The notes under the pieces are model-generated. The model was given only the letters and a program-made list of their open reading frames with translations, made no database searches and was not told where the DNA came from. A program made the position numbers and the translations under genes. Below, in pieces: positions 45,676 through 54,506 of a DNA stretch of 64,000 nt (the stretch's first letter is position 1; every line of letters starts with the position of its first letter). The DNA is from a virus, in the IMG/VR virus record IMGVR_UViG_3300013772_000002, positions 1 through 64,000 of that record; one strand, 5' to 3'.

Positions 45676-46322
45676 TAAGCGCTCACTTTCCTGTCATGGG
45701 TCGATACGAAATCTGGATCGCGTGGGCGCGGATCGAAGGCGCCGAAGCCGGGACGACTAGCGAGATAATCGGCGGTCGCGACGGCGAGTTCGATCGGGAC
45801 GGTGGGTTCGCCCATACCATGACGACCCATGTGCGCTTCGCAAATTGCTACGAGTGGCTCATAGTACCGACCGAAAAGCGGGAGATCGGCAAGGTCGTCA
45901 GTCCGCATGCGCACCAGACTGTCATGAAAGCGGTCGATGTGCACCTCGTTATCCTGGTAGGAGGCGATATCGTGAACGAGCGCTCCCGCCATCGCGAGAT
46001 CGTGCTCGACCTGAGTGAAGTCCCAAGCGTCAGCCAAGAGGGCGACGATATAGGCGACGCGGCGGCAGTGGTGAACCATGCCGCCCGTCTCTCCGGGGCT
46101 CGCGGGCGCGTTCGTTGGGTCTCCCTCCCGGGCGGAGAAGAACTCATCCGGCGGGTGGTAGATGCCCGTCGAGCTCGACGGACCTGTCAGGAAGCGCGGA
46201 TGGGCACGACGGAGGAAGGCGACCGCCAGTTCACGAATCACCGCGTTCCTGATGCGTCCGAGCTCGGGCGCGAAGGCGGTGCGAACCGCCGTCTCATTAA
46301 GGAGACGCCCGGTCGTACGCAT
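45675..46322 (-). CDS. HD-domain phosphohydrolase
   Basis: PSSSTGIYHP, GGMVHH, LVHDI, HMG and ADYLASR. Confidence 0.85.
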   Translation of the reverse strand: MRTTGRLLNETAVRTAFAPELGRIRNAVIRELAVAFLRRAHPRFLTGPSSSTGIYHPPDEFFSAREGDPTNAPASPGETGGMVHHCRRVAYIVALLADAWDFTQVEHDLAMAGALVHDIASYQDNEVHIDRFHDSLVRMRTDDLADLPLFGRYYEPLVAICEAHMGRHGMGEPTVPIELAVATADYLASRPGFGAFDPRPRDPDFVSTHDRKVSA

Positions 46323-46601
46323 CTAGTCGGCCGGATCGCCGGGCGGTAGTGAGGTCGGCACGGTCTCGACGCCCGAAATTGGCGTGACGTTGGCGGGTAG
46401 TGCGGGTTCGTCCTGGATGTTAACGGCCTGCGGTTGGTTGACGCGATCGCAGAGGTCCAGGTATTTCCTTGCGATCGCCCTGGTGTCACCACTGACGTTG
46501 CCGAGGTTGGCGGCATAGAAGCACGCCGCGAAGGTTTGGTAATCAACGGCGGGGATGACGAGCGCCACAAACTCTGGCGCTGCTGGGGTGGTGGGTTCCA
46601 T
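46323..46601 (-). CDS. Hypothetical protein
   Basis: Promoter 46658-46686, GAAAGGA RBS. Confidence 0.6.
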   Translation of the reverse strand: MEPTTPAAPEFVALVIPAVDYQTFAACFYAANLGNVSGDTRAIARKYLDLCDRVNQPQAVNIQDEPALPANVTPISGVETVPTSLPPGDPAD

Positions 46602-46688
46602 GGTCAGGAATTCCTTTCGGATGAGCGAGGACTTATCGCAGATCGACAAGTCCTCTTATGATATCATGGTATTCGTGCGTTGTAAAGC

Positions 46689-48812
46689 CTATGCCACAAC
46701 GAACACGGGAGTCCAGTCGCACTGGCTGTAGCCGCAGGATTGGCAGGTGACACAACCACCGTCGTCCGCCATCGCATCGATCCCGCAATTCGGACAGCAG
46801 ACGTCGTCATCGCCGGTCATTTCCGTCGATGCCTCCAGAAGAGCCTGTGGTGCCCCTCCACGCGCGAGAAGGCGGTCATCGGCAGTCTTGCCAATGTTAT
46901 AGACCTGAACCTCCTTGCAGCCGTCACGGTAGATCGTCGTGCCCATGCAACCCGATGTGTACGAGAGGATGTACGCGGCACCGATCTCTTCACGCGTTGT
47001 CGAGTTTGGAGCATTCCCGGTCTTGGAAATGCCCGAATCGTTGTGCTCCTGCCATGCCGCCTGCATGAGGATGTGGTCGGTGAGCGAAATATCTCCCGCG
47101 GTGCGGAAGACGCGCTGCCATCGCTCCGGTACCATTGCAACGCCTTGGACTGACCCAGTCGCGACAACGTGTGCCTCCAGATCGCCTGACCAGAACCCCT
47201 CGTGTTCGGCCACGGCCCGGAAGGCGGCGTTAGCGATCTTCAGGTTGCGCCATGAGCCGTCGGTCTGCTTGACCGAGTGGTAAGCGAAGAGGGCAAAGAC
47301 GGGCTCGATGCCGCTGGAACAATTGCCAAGAATTGAAATTGATCCGGTCGGCGCCACGGTCGTGAGGTTACTGTTGCGTCGCGGTGCGTCGTTTTTGTAG
47401 CGTGAGACGTTTTGTAGCGGGAAAGCCCCCCGATCGACCGCCAAGTTTTCCGAGGCAGAGATCGCCTCCTCATTAAGGACGCGCATGATATCGTTGCCCA
47501 GGGCACGAGCCTCGGGTGTGTGGTAGGCGATGCCCAGCAGAAAAAGGAGGTCAGCGAATCCCATCACGCCGAGACCGATCCGGCGCAAGTCTTGTGCGCG
47601 CTTGGTGATCTGTGGTAGTGGGAAGGGGTTGATCTCGATCACGTCGTCGAGGAAGCGGGTCGCGAGGCGGACGACGGACCGGAAGCGTGCCCAATCGAAG
47701 ATCGGAATACCAAGTCCATACCCGCCAAAGTAGTGCGTGACGCTCTCGATAACAAAACGTCCGAGATTAATAGAGCCTAGATTGCAAACATCATATGGCC
47801 CCAAAGGTTGCTCTCCGCACGGATTAGTTGCCTCAATGCTTTCTATCTCTGGGATCGGATTCGCACGAGAAGCATTAACGCGATCGAGGAAGATAAGCCC
47901 CGGATCGCCCGTCCGCCACGCACAGTCAACAATCTGGTCCCAGATGTCGCGTGCCCGGCGCCGACTCGTCACCGCCTTCGTGTCGGGATCGATGAGATCG
48001 TATTCGCCATCTTCGCGTACCGCGTCCATGAAGACGTCAGTAATGCCGATCGAGCAATTAAAGTTCGTAATCGGATACTGAACTTCGTTCGTGCCGTTTA
48101 GTTTTGCGAGGACGCCGATTGGCTCCTTGCAATGAATGAATGTTTCCACGTCGGTATGATCGCAGCGTAATACCGCCATATTCGCGCCACGGCGGGTGCC
48201 CCCTTGCTTGATTTGCTCCGTTGCTACGTCGAAGATTTTCAAAAAACTGACGGGTCCGGACGCAACTCCCATGCTCCTTTTCACGGTTGCGCCCGCGGGA
48301 CGGAGGCGCGAGAAAGAAAACCCGGTTCCGCCGCCGCTCTGATGCACAGTGGCAGCATCTCGTATTGTATTAAAGATTCCCTCTATTGAATCTTCGATAG
48401 GCAAAACAAAACATGCTGACAACTGAAGACCGTTCCCCTTCCCGGCGTTCATCAGACAGGGGCTATTGGGCAGGAAGTCTCCAGAGAGCAGCAGATCGGC
48501 GAATTGATCTCCGACGCGAGCGATCGCCGCATCTTCCTGGTGACCGCAAGCATCGAGATAGGTGGTGAATTCTTCGCGCGGCGTGAGGCCCGGCACGGAA
48601 CCCCATTCGCTTCCGGCGCGCTCTTGATCAATCTTGACAAATTCGCGCTCGCCCTCGGCGACGGCGTATGCGACGCGTTTGTAGAGTCCCTGGGGAGTTT
48701 CGGTAATAGTGACTGTACCATCTGGTTGTTTAACTTTTTGAAGATAGCGTTCTTCGAGGACGCGGAGCGCGGCGTCAGTAGTAAGGGGCGGTGAGTAAGG
48801 AGCGATGGTCAC
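46689..48812 (-). CDS. nrdJ: Class II (adenosylcobalamin-dependent) ribonucleotide reductase
   Basis: PNSPCLMNAG, LSACFV, GGGTG, QGGTRRGA, TNPCGEQ, APTGSIS and YRDG; C-terminal CxxC..CxxC; no beta subunit in the window. Confidence 0.92.
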   Translation of the reverse strand: MTIAPYSPPLTTDAALRVLEERYLQKVKQPDGTVTITETPQGLYKRVAYAVAEGEREFVKIDQERAGSEWGSVPGLTPREEFTTYLDACGHQEDAAIARVGDQFADLLLSGDFLPNSPCLMNAGKGNGLQLSACFVLPIEDSIEGIFNTIRDAATVHQSGGGTGFSFSRLRPAGATVKRSMGVASGPVSFLKIFDVATEQIKQGGTRRGANMAVLRCDHTDVETFIHCKEPIGVLAKLNGTNEVQYPITNFNCSIGITDVFMDAVREDGEYDLIDPDTKAVTSRRRARDIWDQIVDCAWRTGDPGLIFLDRVNASRANPIPEIESIEATNPCGEQPLGPYDVCNLGSINLGRFVIESVTHYFGGYGLGIPIFDWARFRSVVRLATRFLDDVIEINPFPLPQITKRAQDLRRIGLGVMGFADLLFLLGIAYHTPEARALGNDIMRVLNEEAISASENLAVDRGAFPLQNVSRYKNDAPRRNSNLTTVAPTGSISILGNCSSGIEPVFALFAYHSVKQTDGSWRNLKIANAAFRAVAEHEGFWSGDLEAHVVATGSVQGVAMVPERWQRVFRTAGDISLTDHILMQAAWQEHNDSGISKTGNAPNSTTREEIGAAYILSYTSGCMGTTIYRDGCKEVQVYNIGKTADDRLLARGGAPQALLEASTEMTGDDDVCCPNCGIDAMADDGGCVTCQSCGYSQCDWTPVFVVA

Positions 48813-48815
48813 GGG

Positions 48816-50399
48816 CTAGACCTCCTGCGCGACAACACTGCCGCCAGACGAATGGAGTTGGGTTGAGAGCCTCGCCCACACATCGTGGGCGAGGGTACGG
48901 TGGAACCCCTCGCAGCCGCCAACGATCTCTGAGATCGCGACGGTGGCGTCGGAGCCGAGGATGATGCGCTCGACGCAAAGGCGATCGACTAGCGGCTTGA
49001 GTGCCTCAATGAGACCGATACCATGGAGTTTCTGGACGCGTTTGTCTGCTTCGATGACGATTTCCCAGGCGAGTGCGGCGACGGCCTCCATGACAAGTGT
49101 GGCGTCGTGATCGATGCGCGTAATGCGTGTCGCGGCGTTCTGTTTCATCTCATCCTTGAGGGCTGACCAGTCGAAGCGCGAGCCGTCAGCGCCACCACCC
49201 GCGACCGTTAGTTCGACGAATGATTCGACGATCGCCTGGTAATCGCCGCCTGCCGCGTGGAGCGCGACGCCGTCTTCACTATAGACGAAGCGCTCCATTG
49301 CCTTACCCATGGCGAGGGAAACAATTTCGCAGAATCCGTCGAGGTAGTTCATCATCCGCTCGTTCCGGAAGAAAACTGACGCCTCCTGATCCCAAACGTC
49401 AAAGAGGTTGATGTTGGAGATCGAAAGACCGAGCGCGAAACCCCCGAGCGCGTGTCCACACTCATGGTGGGCGACGTGGATTTCGATCTCCGGTTCGTCC
49501 TGATCGTCAGGAATCGGGAACCACTGCTCGACCAGGGCACGGGCAATCCAGGATGGCGTTATCTCTCCGGGTGGGCAGATTTCAGCGCGAAGGGCAGTCC
49601 GTTCTACCGCGTCGTCAATGTCCGCTCCCGTCTGCGCGCTGCCACCAATTAGGTCGCGAAGATGCGCCGCGCTCGGAACGGGTAGATTGCGTGTGGTGAG
49701 GCGTTCCCCCAGCATGCGCGATGCTTCGCGGTCGGGTAAGCGAGAGCACTCCGCCTCGATCGACAATCGACCCGCACGGAGCAGCGAGGGATCGATACCA
49801 TCCTTTTCATTGGCAGTCGCAAAAAGGAAAACGGGCACGCCACGATCCGCGAGCCCGTCCAGACATGTATTAAGAGCGGCGGTAATTGGGTCCTTGCCAA
49901 CCGTTCCCCGGTCGGTCGTGACGTGCGCGTCGAATTCGTCCCAGATCAAGCCAATCGGTGCGTCGAGCCGTCTTGCCTCGTGGCATGCCGCCTTCCATAG
50001 CGCAACGACGTCGTTCTCTCCCCACTCGCCATTTTCCAGCGGCCACGCTCGTGCGTCGAAACACCGCGCCCTGACTTCCGTAATCAAGTGGCGAAGCATC
50101 AGCGTCTTGCCATTGCCCTGCTCGCCAAGCAGGATGCCGCCGCGTGGTAGGCGCTGACCGTTTGCCTTCATCTCGGGCCAGCGGTTGATTGCGGCGATAA
50201 ATTCACCCATCGCGCGCTTGACATTCGAGAGTCCGTAGATGTCACCGGCATGAACGGTGTTCGCCCCAGTGCAGGAAAGAGGATGTTTCCAGTAGGCGAC
50301 ACGAGATTTTGTGAGGATGGTGCGGGTACGTGGGATGACCGATATCTCCCCATCATCGAGACGGGCATTTTCGTTCATGTAAAACTCCCATGACGGCAA
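48816..50399 (-). CDS. FtsH-like AAA+ ATPase with an M41-type HExxH domain, no TM anchor
   Basis: PRGGILLGEQGNGKT, WDEFD, ATAN, LLRAGRL, TGADI, HECGH and GGDY. Confidence 0.82.
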   Translation of the reverse strand: MPSWEFYMNENARLDDGEISVIPRTRTILTKSRVAYWKHPLSCTGANTVHAGDIYGLSNVKRAMGEFIAAINRWPEMKANGQRLPRGGILLGEQGNGKTLMLRHLITEVRARCFDARAWPLENGEWGENDVVALWKAACHEARRLDAPIGLIWDEFDAHVTTDRGTVGKDPITAALNTCLDGLADRGVPVFLFATANEKDGIDPSLLRAGRLSIEAECSRLPDREASRMLGERLTTRNLPVPSAAHLRDLIGGSAQTGADIDDAVERTALRAEICPPGEITPSWIARALVEQWFPIPDDQDEPEIEIHVAHHECGHALGGFALGLSISNINLFDVWDQEASVFFRNERMMNYLDGFCEIVSLAMGKAMERFVYSEDGVALHAAGGDYQAIVESFVELTVAGGGADGSRFDWSALKDEMKQNAATRITRIDHDATLVMEAVAALAWEIVIEADKRVQKLHGIGLIEALKPLVDRLCVERIILGSDATVAISEIVGGCEGFHRTLAHDVWARLSTQLHSSGGSVVAQEV

Positions 50400-50425
50400 T
50401 GGTATGCCGTCCCGGAATAGATCGA

Positions 50426-51109
50426 TTAGAACGCGATAGGTTTCAAGCAGTTAACGATGTCGTTCACACGGCAGTGGAGATCATCGAGACTACCGCCATT
50501 GACGATCTCCTCGTCGGCGGAGAGTGTGGACCAAAATTGCTCGGAGGAGTGATTCGCCGCTTCGCCTGTCAGTTTAGTGGCGTCGGGACGAATGATGCGA
50601 ACGAAATGGAAGCCGTTGGCACGCAGTTGCTCGACTTCATGGGGGTAGCGAACATCGTCACAAACTATTGCTTTCCCAAAGAAACGAGATGTTTCCGCTT
50701 CCTGGAGTAGTAGTTTGACCCACGGTTCCTCGGGTGCGGCGAGACCCCGGATGACTTCCGTTCCCCACTGCTGGAGTGCGCCGCGGAAATGTGGCTTGTG
50801 TGCGTTGACGTAATTGACGAAGTGATCGCGGACAATAATATCGCGGTGGTATGTCTCGAGATTTGGAGAATTCGTTGCGTACAGATATCCCATCTTGCCG
50901 GCCATAATACGCCTGACGCTGCCGAACGTATCGGTAACGGACATGTGGAGTGGGAACGGCAGATCGAGTTGGACGTGGGCGAGAAAGCCAAGGCTTACCT
51001 TCATCGGATCAGCGAGTGCTGCCCGATGATAGTCATCTCGTACCTCGACCATCTGACTGACTGTCGTCTTTCCGCTACTGGCCATGCCGATAATGCCGAG
51101 ATTTTGCAC
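50426..51109 (-). CDS. Deoxynucleoside monophosphate kinase
   Basis: GMASSGKTT, LADPMK, LQQWGTE, DDVRYPHE and HSSE. Confidence 0.88.
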   Translation of the reverse strand: MQNLGIIGMASSGKTTVSQMVEVRDDYHRAALADPMKVSLGFLAHVQLDLPFPLHMSVTDTFGSVRRIMAGKMGYLYATNSPNLETYHRDIIVRDHFVNYVNAHKPHFRGALQQWGTEVIRGLAAPEEPWVKLLLQEAETSRFFGKAIVCDDVRYPHEVEQLRANGFHFVRIIRPDATKLTGEAANHSSEQFWSTLSADEEIVNGGSLDDLHCRVNDIVNCLKPIAF

Positions 51110-51130
51110 GAGATATTCCTTCCGTCGTGA

Positions 51131-51991
51131 CTAAATTTGATCGCGGTATGCCGCAAAACGAGTACGATCACGCCCTATTCTTGGCCTGAGCAATAGCCCT
51201 CGAATGGCAACGTCGCTGTTCGGGTAATTGGGAGTGACCATTGCTGTGAGTGCCGCTTGCAGTGCGCCGGCATTGGTACGCGATACGAAGATTTCATCCT
51301 GGACGGGGATGCCTGTCGCTTTCAAATCACTCCATCCGAGCCAATAATCCCTGGCAACGCAGTAGACCTCCTTAACGAGAAAGGTTGTGCGTTGGGATGA
51401 GGACCCGAGGGTTACGCCGTCGTAGGGCTCACCGAGCATTGTGCCAATGACAACGAGTGGGTAGAGGGGAGCGTAGCGCAAAAGAACGTCTCCCCATGCC
51501 CGCAACCAACCAACCGCAGCATCCTTACGTGTATTCCGACGTGGATCATGACTGTGACCGATGCCCTTCGTTGGATTCGGCGGCGGTGACATAATCGGAT
51601 AGGGAGCGGGATCGTCCCAGTTATTCCAATCGCCGACACGAATACGAAACGTGCCTGTCGTCGTCTCTATCGCGAGTGGCAAGTGACCGATGCGCGGCAG
51701 GATGGCGACGCCAAAGGGCTCGGAGAAGTCAGTGGCGCTTGTCGTTACCGTCTTGCCGTCTCCGGAAAGCCAGATACGTAGTTGTTGACCGGGTGGCAGC
51801 GCCTGAAGAACGCCGATCTCCGGGTCCAAAAGCAAGCTGGACAAAACAGCCGGGGTGAAGGCGGGTGCGGCACGACGTGTCTTTGGATCGGTCGTAAAGA
51901 GCGGACCCTCTACCAATGGCGCCCATGGAACAGCACGGTCGCTCGAATGCGGAGACTCCAGTTCAAGGAGAATCGGTGGGACGGTAGACAT
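51131..51991 (-). CDS. Hypothetical protein, 286 aa
   Basis: AGGAG RBS, TAATG coupling. Confidence 0.65.
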   Translation of the reverse strand: MSTVPPILLELESPHSSDRAVPWAPLVEGPLFTTDPKTRRAAPAFTPAVLSSLLLDPEIGVLQALPPGQQLRIWLSGDGKTVTTSATDFSEPFGVAILPRIGHLPLAIETTTGTFRIRVGDWNNWDDPAPYPIMSPPPNPTKGIGHSHDPRRNTRKDAAVGWLRAWGDVLLRYAPLYPLVVIGTMLGEPYDGVTLGSSSQRTTFLVKEVYCVARDYWLGWSDLKATGIPVQDEIFVSRTNAGALQAALTAMVTPNYPNSDVAIRGLLLRPRIGRDRTRFAAYRDQI

Positions 51992-52245
51992 TATGACTCC
52001 TGCCGGGCTTTCGCCAGGGGGGTTTCATCTTCGGTCGTGCGCCGTCCGGCAAGAGGCTCTTCGTCGTCCTCGCCACGGCGTTTTTGGAGGGGTTTCGAGT
52101 GATGAATCTTCCGCAGCGGCGTCTCGACCTCGTCGGCATCATCGTCGTCACTATCATCGCTTGGTGTAGGGGGTGTCTCGATCAATGGTGGTCTCCTTAT
52201 TCTACCGCACCGGGGCATTCCGGTGCAAGGGTCTTCAGGGTCCAA
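51991..52245 (-). CDS. Small acidic hypothetical protein (start uncertain)
   Basis: Asp/Glu-rich ORF coupled to the downstream gene. Confidence 0.45.
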   Translation of the reverse strand: MDPEDPCTGMPRCGRIRRPPLIETPPTPSDDSDDDDADEVETPLRKIHHSKPLQKRRGEDDEEPLAGRRTTEDETPLAKARQES

Positions 52246-52883
52246 GAGTCGATTACCGTCGTCTCACCGGAAGAGATTGGCAATTTGCCGAAGTAGATCG
52301 TCTCATTCTCGGGACCGACGTTGACGACAGACATGGCGCGTCCATAACCGTATGGGCGCTCCCGATTTTTGCGCCGCTTGTGGTGAAGCGCGTCGACGAC
52401 GCGACGACCCCAAGCGCCGGCCAGATCAAGCCAGACGATACCGATATCAGCTACTTCCTCGACGTCAATCTCTCCCATCCGGTAGTCAGCGGCGCGTAGC
52501 GTGGCGAGCGATTCGCCGATCTCGGCGACGAGGTGCAGGAGTTGGCGCAGAACATGACCGTCAATTCCGTTTGTCGGAGTTGTCACGGTCTGCTCGCGCC
52601 TTCCAGAACCCCCAACGCGGGCGTAGGGAGGAAGGCGGGCGGAGAATGCAACACGACGCAATAGATTGGTTGCGTTCTCGATCTCTTCGAGATGGCTCGA
52701 CGGGATTCGACCTGTCTTGCGCTGACCGTCGATCGCCGCGCCAACCGCGCGGACGAGGTCGCCGAGAATAACGAGCTGTTCGGCGTCGGGTGGTGGCGAT
52801 GATGACTCCGCTTCATCCCAGAATCCCTGGCGAATCGCATCGATGCGGCAACTATCGACAATTGCTCCCAAACTCGTATCCAT
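52197..52883 (-). CDS. MazG-like NTP pyrophosphohydrolase
   Basis: LHLVAEIGESL...EEVADIGI..LDLAG...K..KNRERPYGYG; GAGGAGG RBS. Confidence 0.75.
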   Translation of the reverse strand: MDTSLGAIVDSCRIDAIRQGFWDEAESSSPPPDAEQLVILGDLVRAVGAAIDGQRKTGRIPSSHLEEIENATNLLRRVAFSARLPPYARVGGSGRREQTVTTPTNGIDGHVLRQLLHLVAEIGESLATLRAADYRMGEIDVEEVADIGIVWLDLAGAWGRRVVDALHHKRRKNRERPYGYGRAMSVVNVGPENETIYFGKLPISSGETTVIDSWTLKTLAPECPGAVE

Positions 52884-53035
52884 AGGAAGCCCCTCCTCAA
52901 TAAAAATCGATTGCAGTCGAAGCATGAGCGGCATGCGTACTACGACTTTGCTAGTATACACGTGAAGTGGTACAATGTAAAGCAGAGAAGACGACTTTCT
53001 ACATGAGTTTTTGACACCCCGGAAGGATCGCCCCT

Positions 53036-53782
53036 ATGCCCCGTCGTACGCTCAACGATCGCGACCTTAAGGCTGATCTTGATGAGGGGATGACGCCCGT
53101 CGAGATTGCCGTGCGGCGCAATGTCACCGATCGCACCGTCTCTCGTCGCATTCTCCGCCTCGGCGCGATGGGTGACGGCGCCGCCGTGCGTGCCGCCGAT
53201 GAGATTATGGCCGCCGGTATTAATCAGGCGCGTGCCTACTACATGATCCAGATGACGATGTTGGAGCAACTGGACGACCTCGCCGAGGACGCGGAGCATT
53301 ACCGCGAGGCGAAAGAGGAAGGGTTGGCGCTTGCCAATGAGTTTCTGGTTCGCTTTGCCGATGGTGAAGAGATTCTTACGCCACAGTTTGAGAAGACGCT
53401 CGATAGGCTTACCAATCCGTCCGACCCCTACCCGAACATGTTCAAGGCGGCATCGCTTGCCTCCGCGAACATGCAACTCTATGTCGATATCTACAAGACG
53501 CTAATCGACATGCGCGCGATGGCGATGCTCAAGCAGGCGCTCCTGGAACTGCTCGATCTCGGTGACCCGCGCATCGCGGCGATCATCGGCGCTTATCAGA
53601 CGCGCGCCGAGAGCGCCCGCAGTCTGCTTGGTATGGACTATCGCAACCCGGACCCCGACCCAAAGACATGGAGCGCGGCCGCTGAGCGTGATTTTCAGGC
53701 GCTCCCCCGCCCCGACAGCTTGCCTGACCCGAAGCGGATTATTGCCGGTCACGGGATCGTCATCGAGGGGAAGGCGCGATGA
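53036..53782 (+). CDS. HTH protein, putative terminase small subunit
   Basis: N-terminal HTH (GMTPVEIA...DRTVSRR), helical body, position upstream of TerL. Confidence 0.5.
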   Translation: MPRRTLNDRDLKADLDEGMTPVEIAVRRNVTDRTVSRRILRLGAMGDGAAVRAADEIMAAGINQARAYYMIQMTMLEQLDDLAEDAEHYREAKEEGLALANEFLVRFADGEEILTPQFEKTLDRLTNPSDPYPNMFKAASLASANMQLYVDIYKTLIDMRAMAMLKQALLELLDLGDPRIAAIIGAYQTRAESARSLLGMDYRNPDPDPKTWSAAAERDFQALPRPDSLPDPKRIIAGHGIVIEGKAR

Positions 53783-53955
53783 CCAATATTTGGGATGAGC
53801 TCACGCTGGCGAAACGCCTGGCCGCTCGCGCTGCCGCCGAGGATCAACTGCGCGCCGCAGAGGAGCGCGCCTGGCACCGGGCGATCAACCGGCGTATCTG
53901 GGCGATCAACCACCCATTGCTTGCTGCGCTATGCGTCGAGCGAGCCAAACGATGA
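53779..53955 (+). CDS. Hypothetical protein, 58 aa
   Basis: ATGA coupling at both ends. Confidence 0.5.
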   Translation: MTNIWDELTLAKRLAARAAAEDQLRAAEERAWHRAINRRIWAINHPLLAALCVERAKR

Positions 53956-54419
53956 TTGATTTTCTTCTCCGCCTGACGATTCCGATGCCGCCGACGGGCA
54001 CCAACCACGCCTACGTCCCGCGCGTCGTTCATCGTGGTGGCGGCAAGATGGGCGCCTCCCTGATGCATTCCAAGGAGCACGCCACTTGGGAGTCGGGCGC
54101 CCTCAAGGCGATGGTCGATGACGACATGGGCGTCGAGTGGTTTATCAACCCGACTGATTTTGATCCCAAGGAGGCTCTCGGTCTTGCTTTCTCCTGGTAT
54201 TTCAAGGATCGTCGCTCCGACCTCGACAGTCGCCACAAACTTGTCAAAGACCTCGTTTTCGATTACCTGACGGCACGGACGGGAATGAAATGCAATGATC
54301 GTGAGGTATCCGGCGACATCAACGATCGCCATTACTACAAGACGAATCCTCATGTTTTCGTTACCGTTCGTACGCTTGACGCGCACAACGCTCGCTACCA
54401 CACCGATGCCGAGCGATAA
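53952..54419 (+). CDS. rusA: RusA-like Holliday junction resolvase
   Basis: PP..TN.AY, RRSDLDSRHKLVKD and NDREV. Confidence 0.75.
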   Translation: MIDFLLRLTIPMPPTGTNHAYVPRVVHRGGGKMGASLMHSKEHATWESGALKAMVDDDMGVEWFINPTDFDPKEALGLAFSWYFKDRRSDLDSRHKLVKDLVFDYLTARTGMKCNDREVSGDINDRHYYKTNPHVFVTVRTLDAHNARYHTDAER

Positions 54420-54506
54420 CCCGGTGGTTGAGTAAACACCATAAATCATGGTATACTGGTAGAGTATAGTATCGTTTCCCTCCCCATCCATAAAATCTGA
54501 GGCGCT

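Noticed and set aside
37862-48812. Inteins or introns in dnaE and nrdJ
   Set aside because: Both reading frames are continuous and of normal length, with no intein C...HN motifs seen
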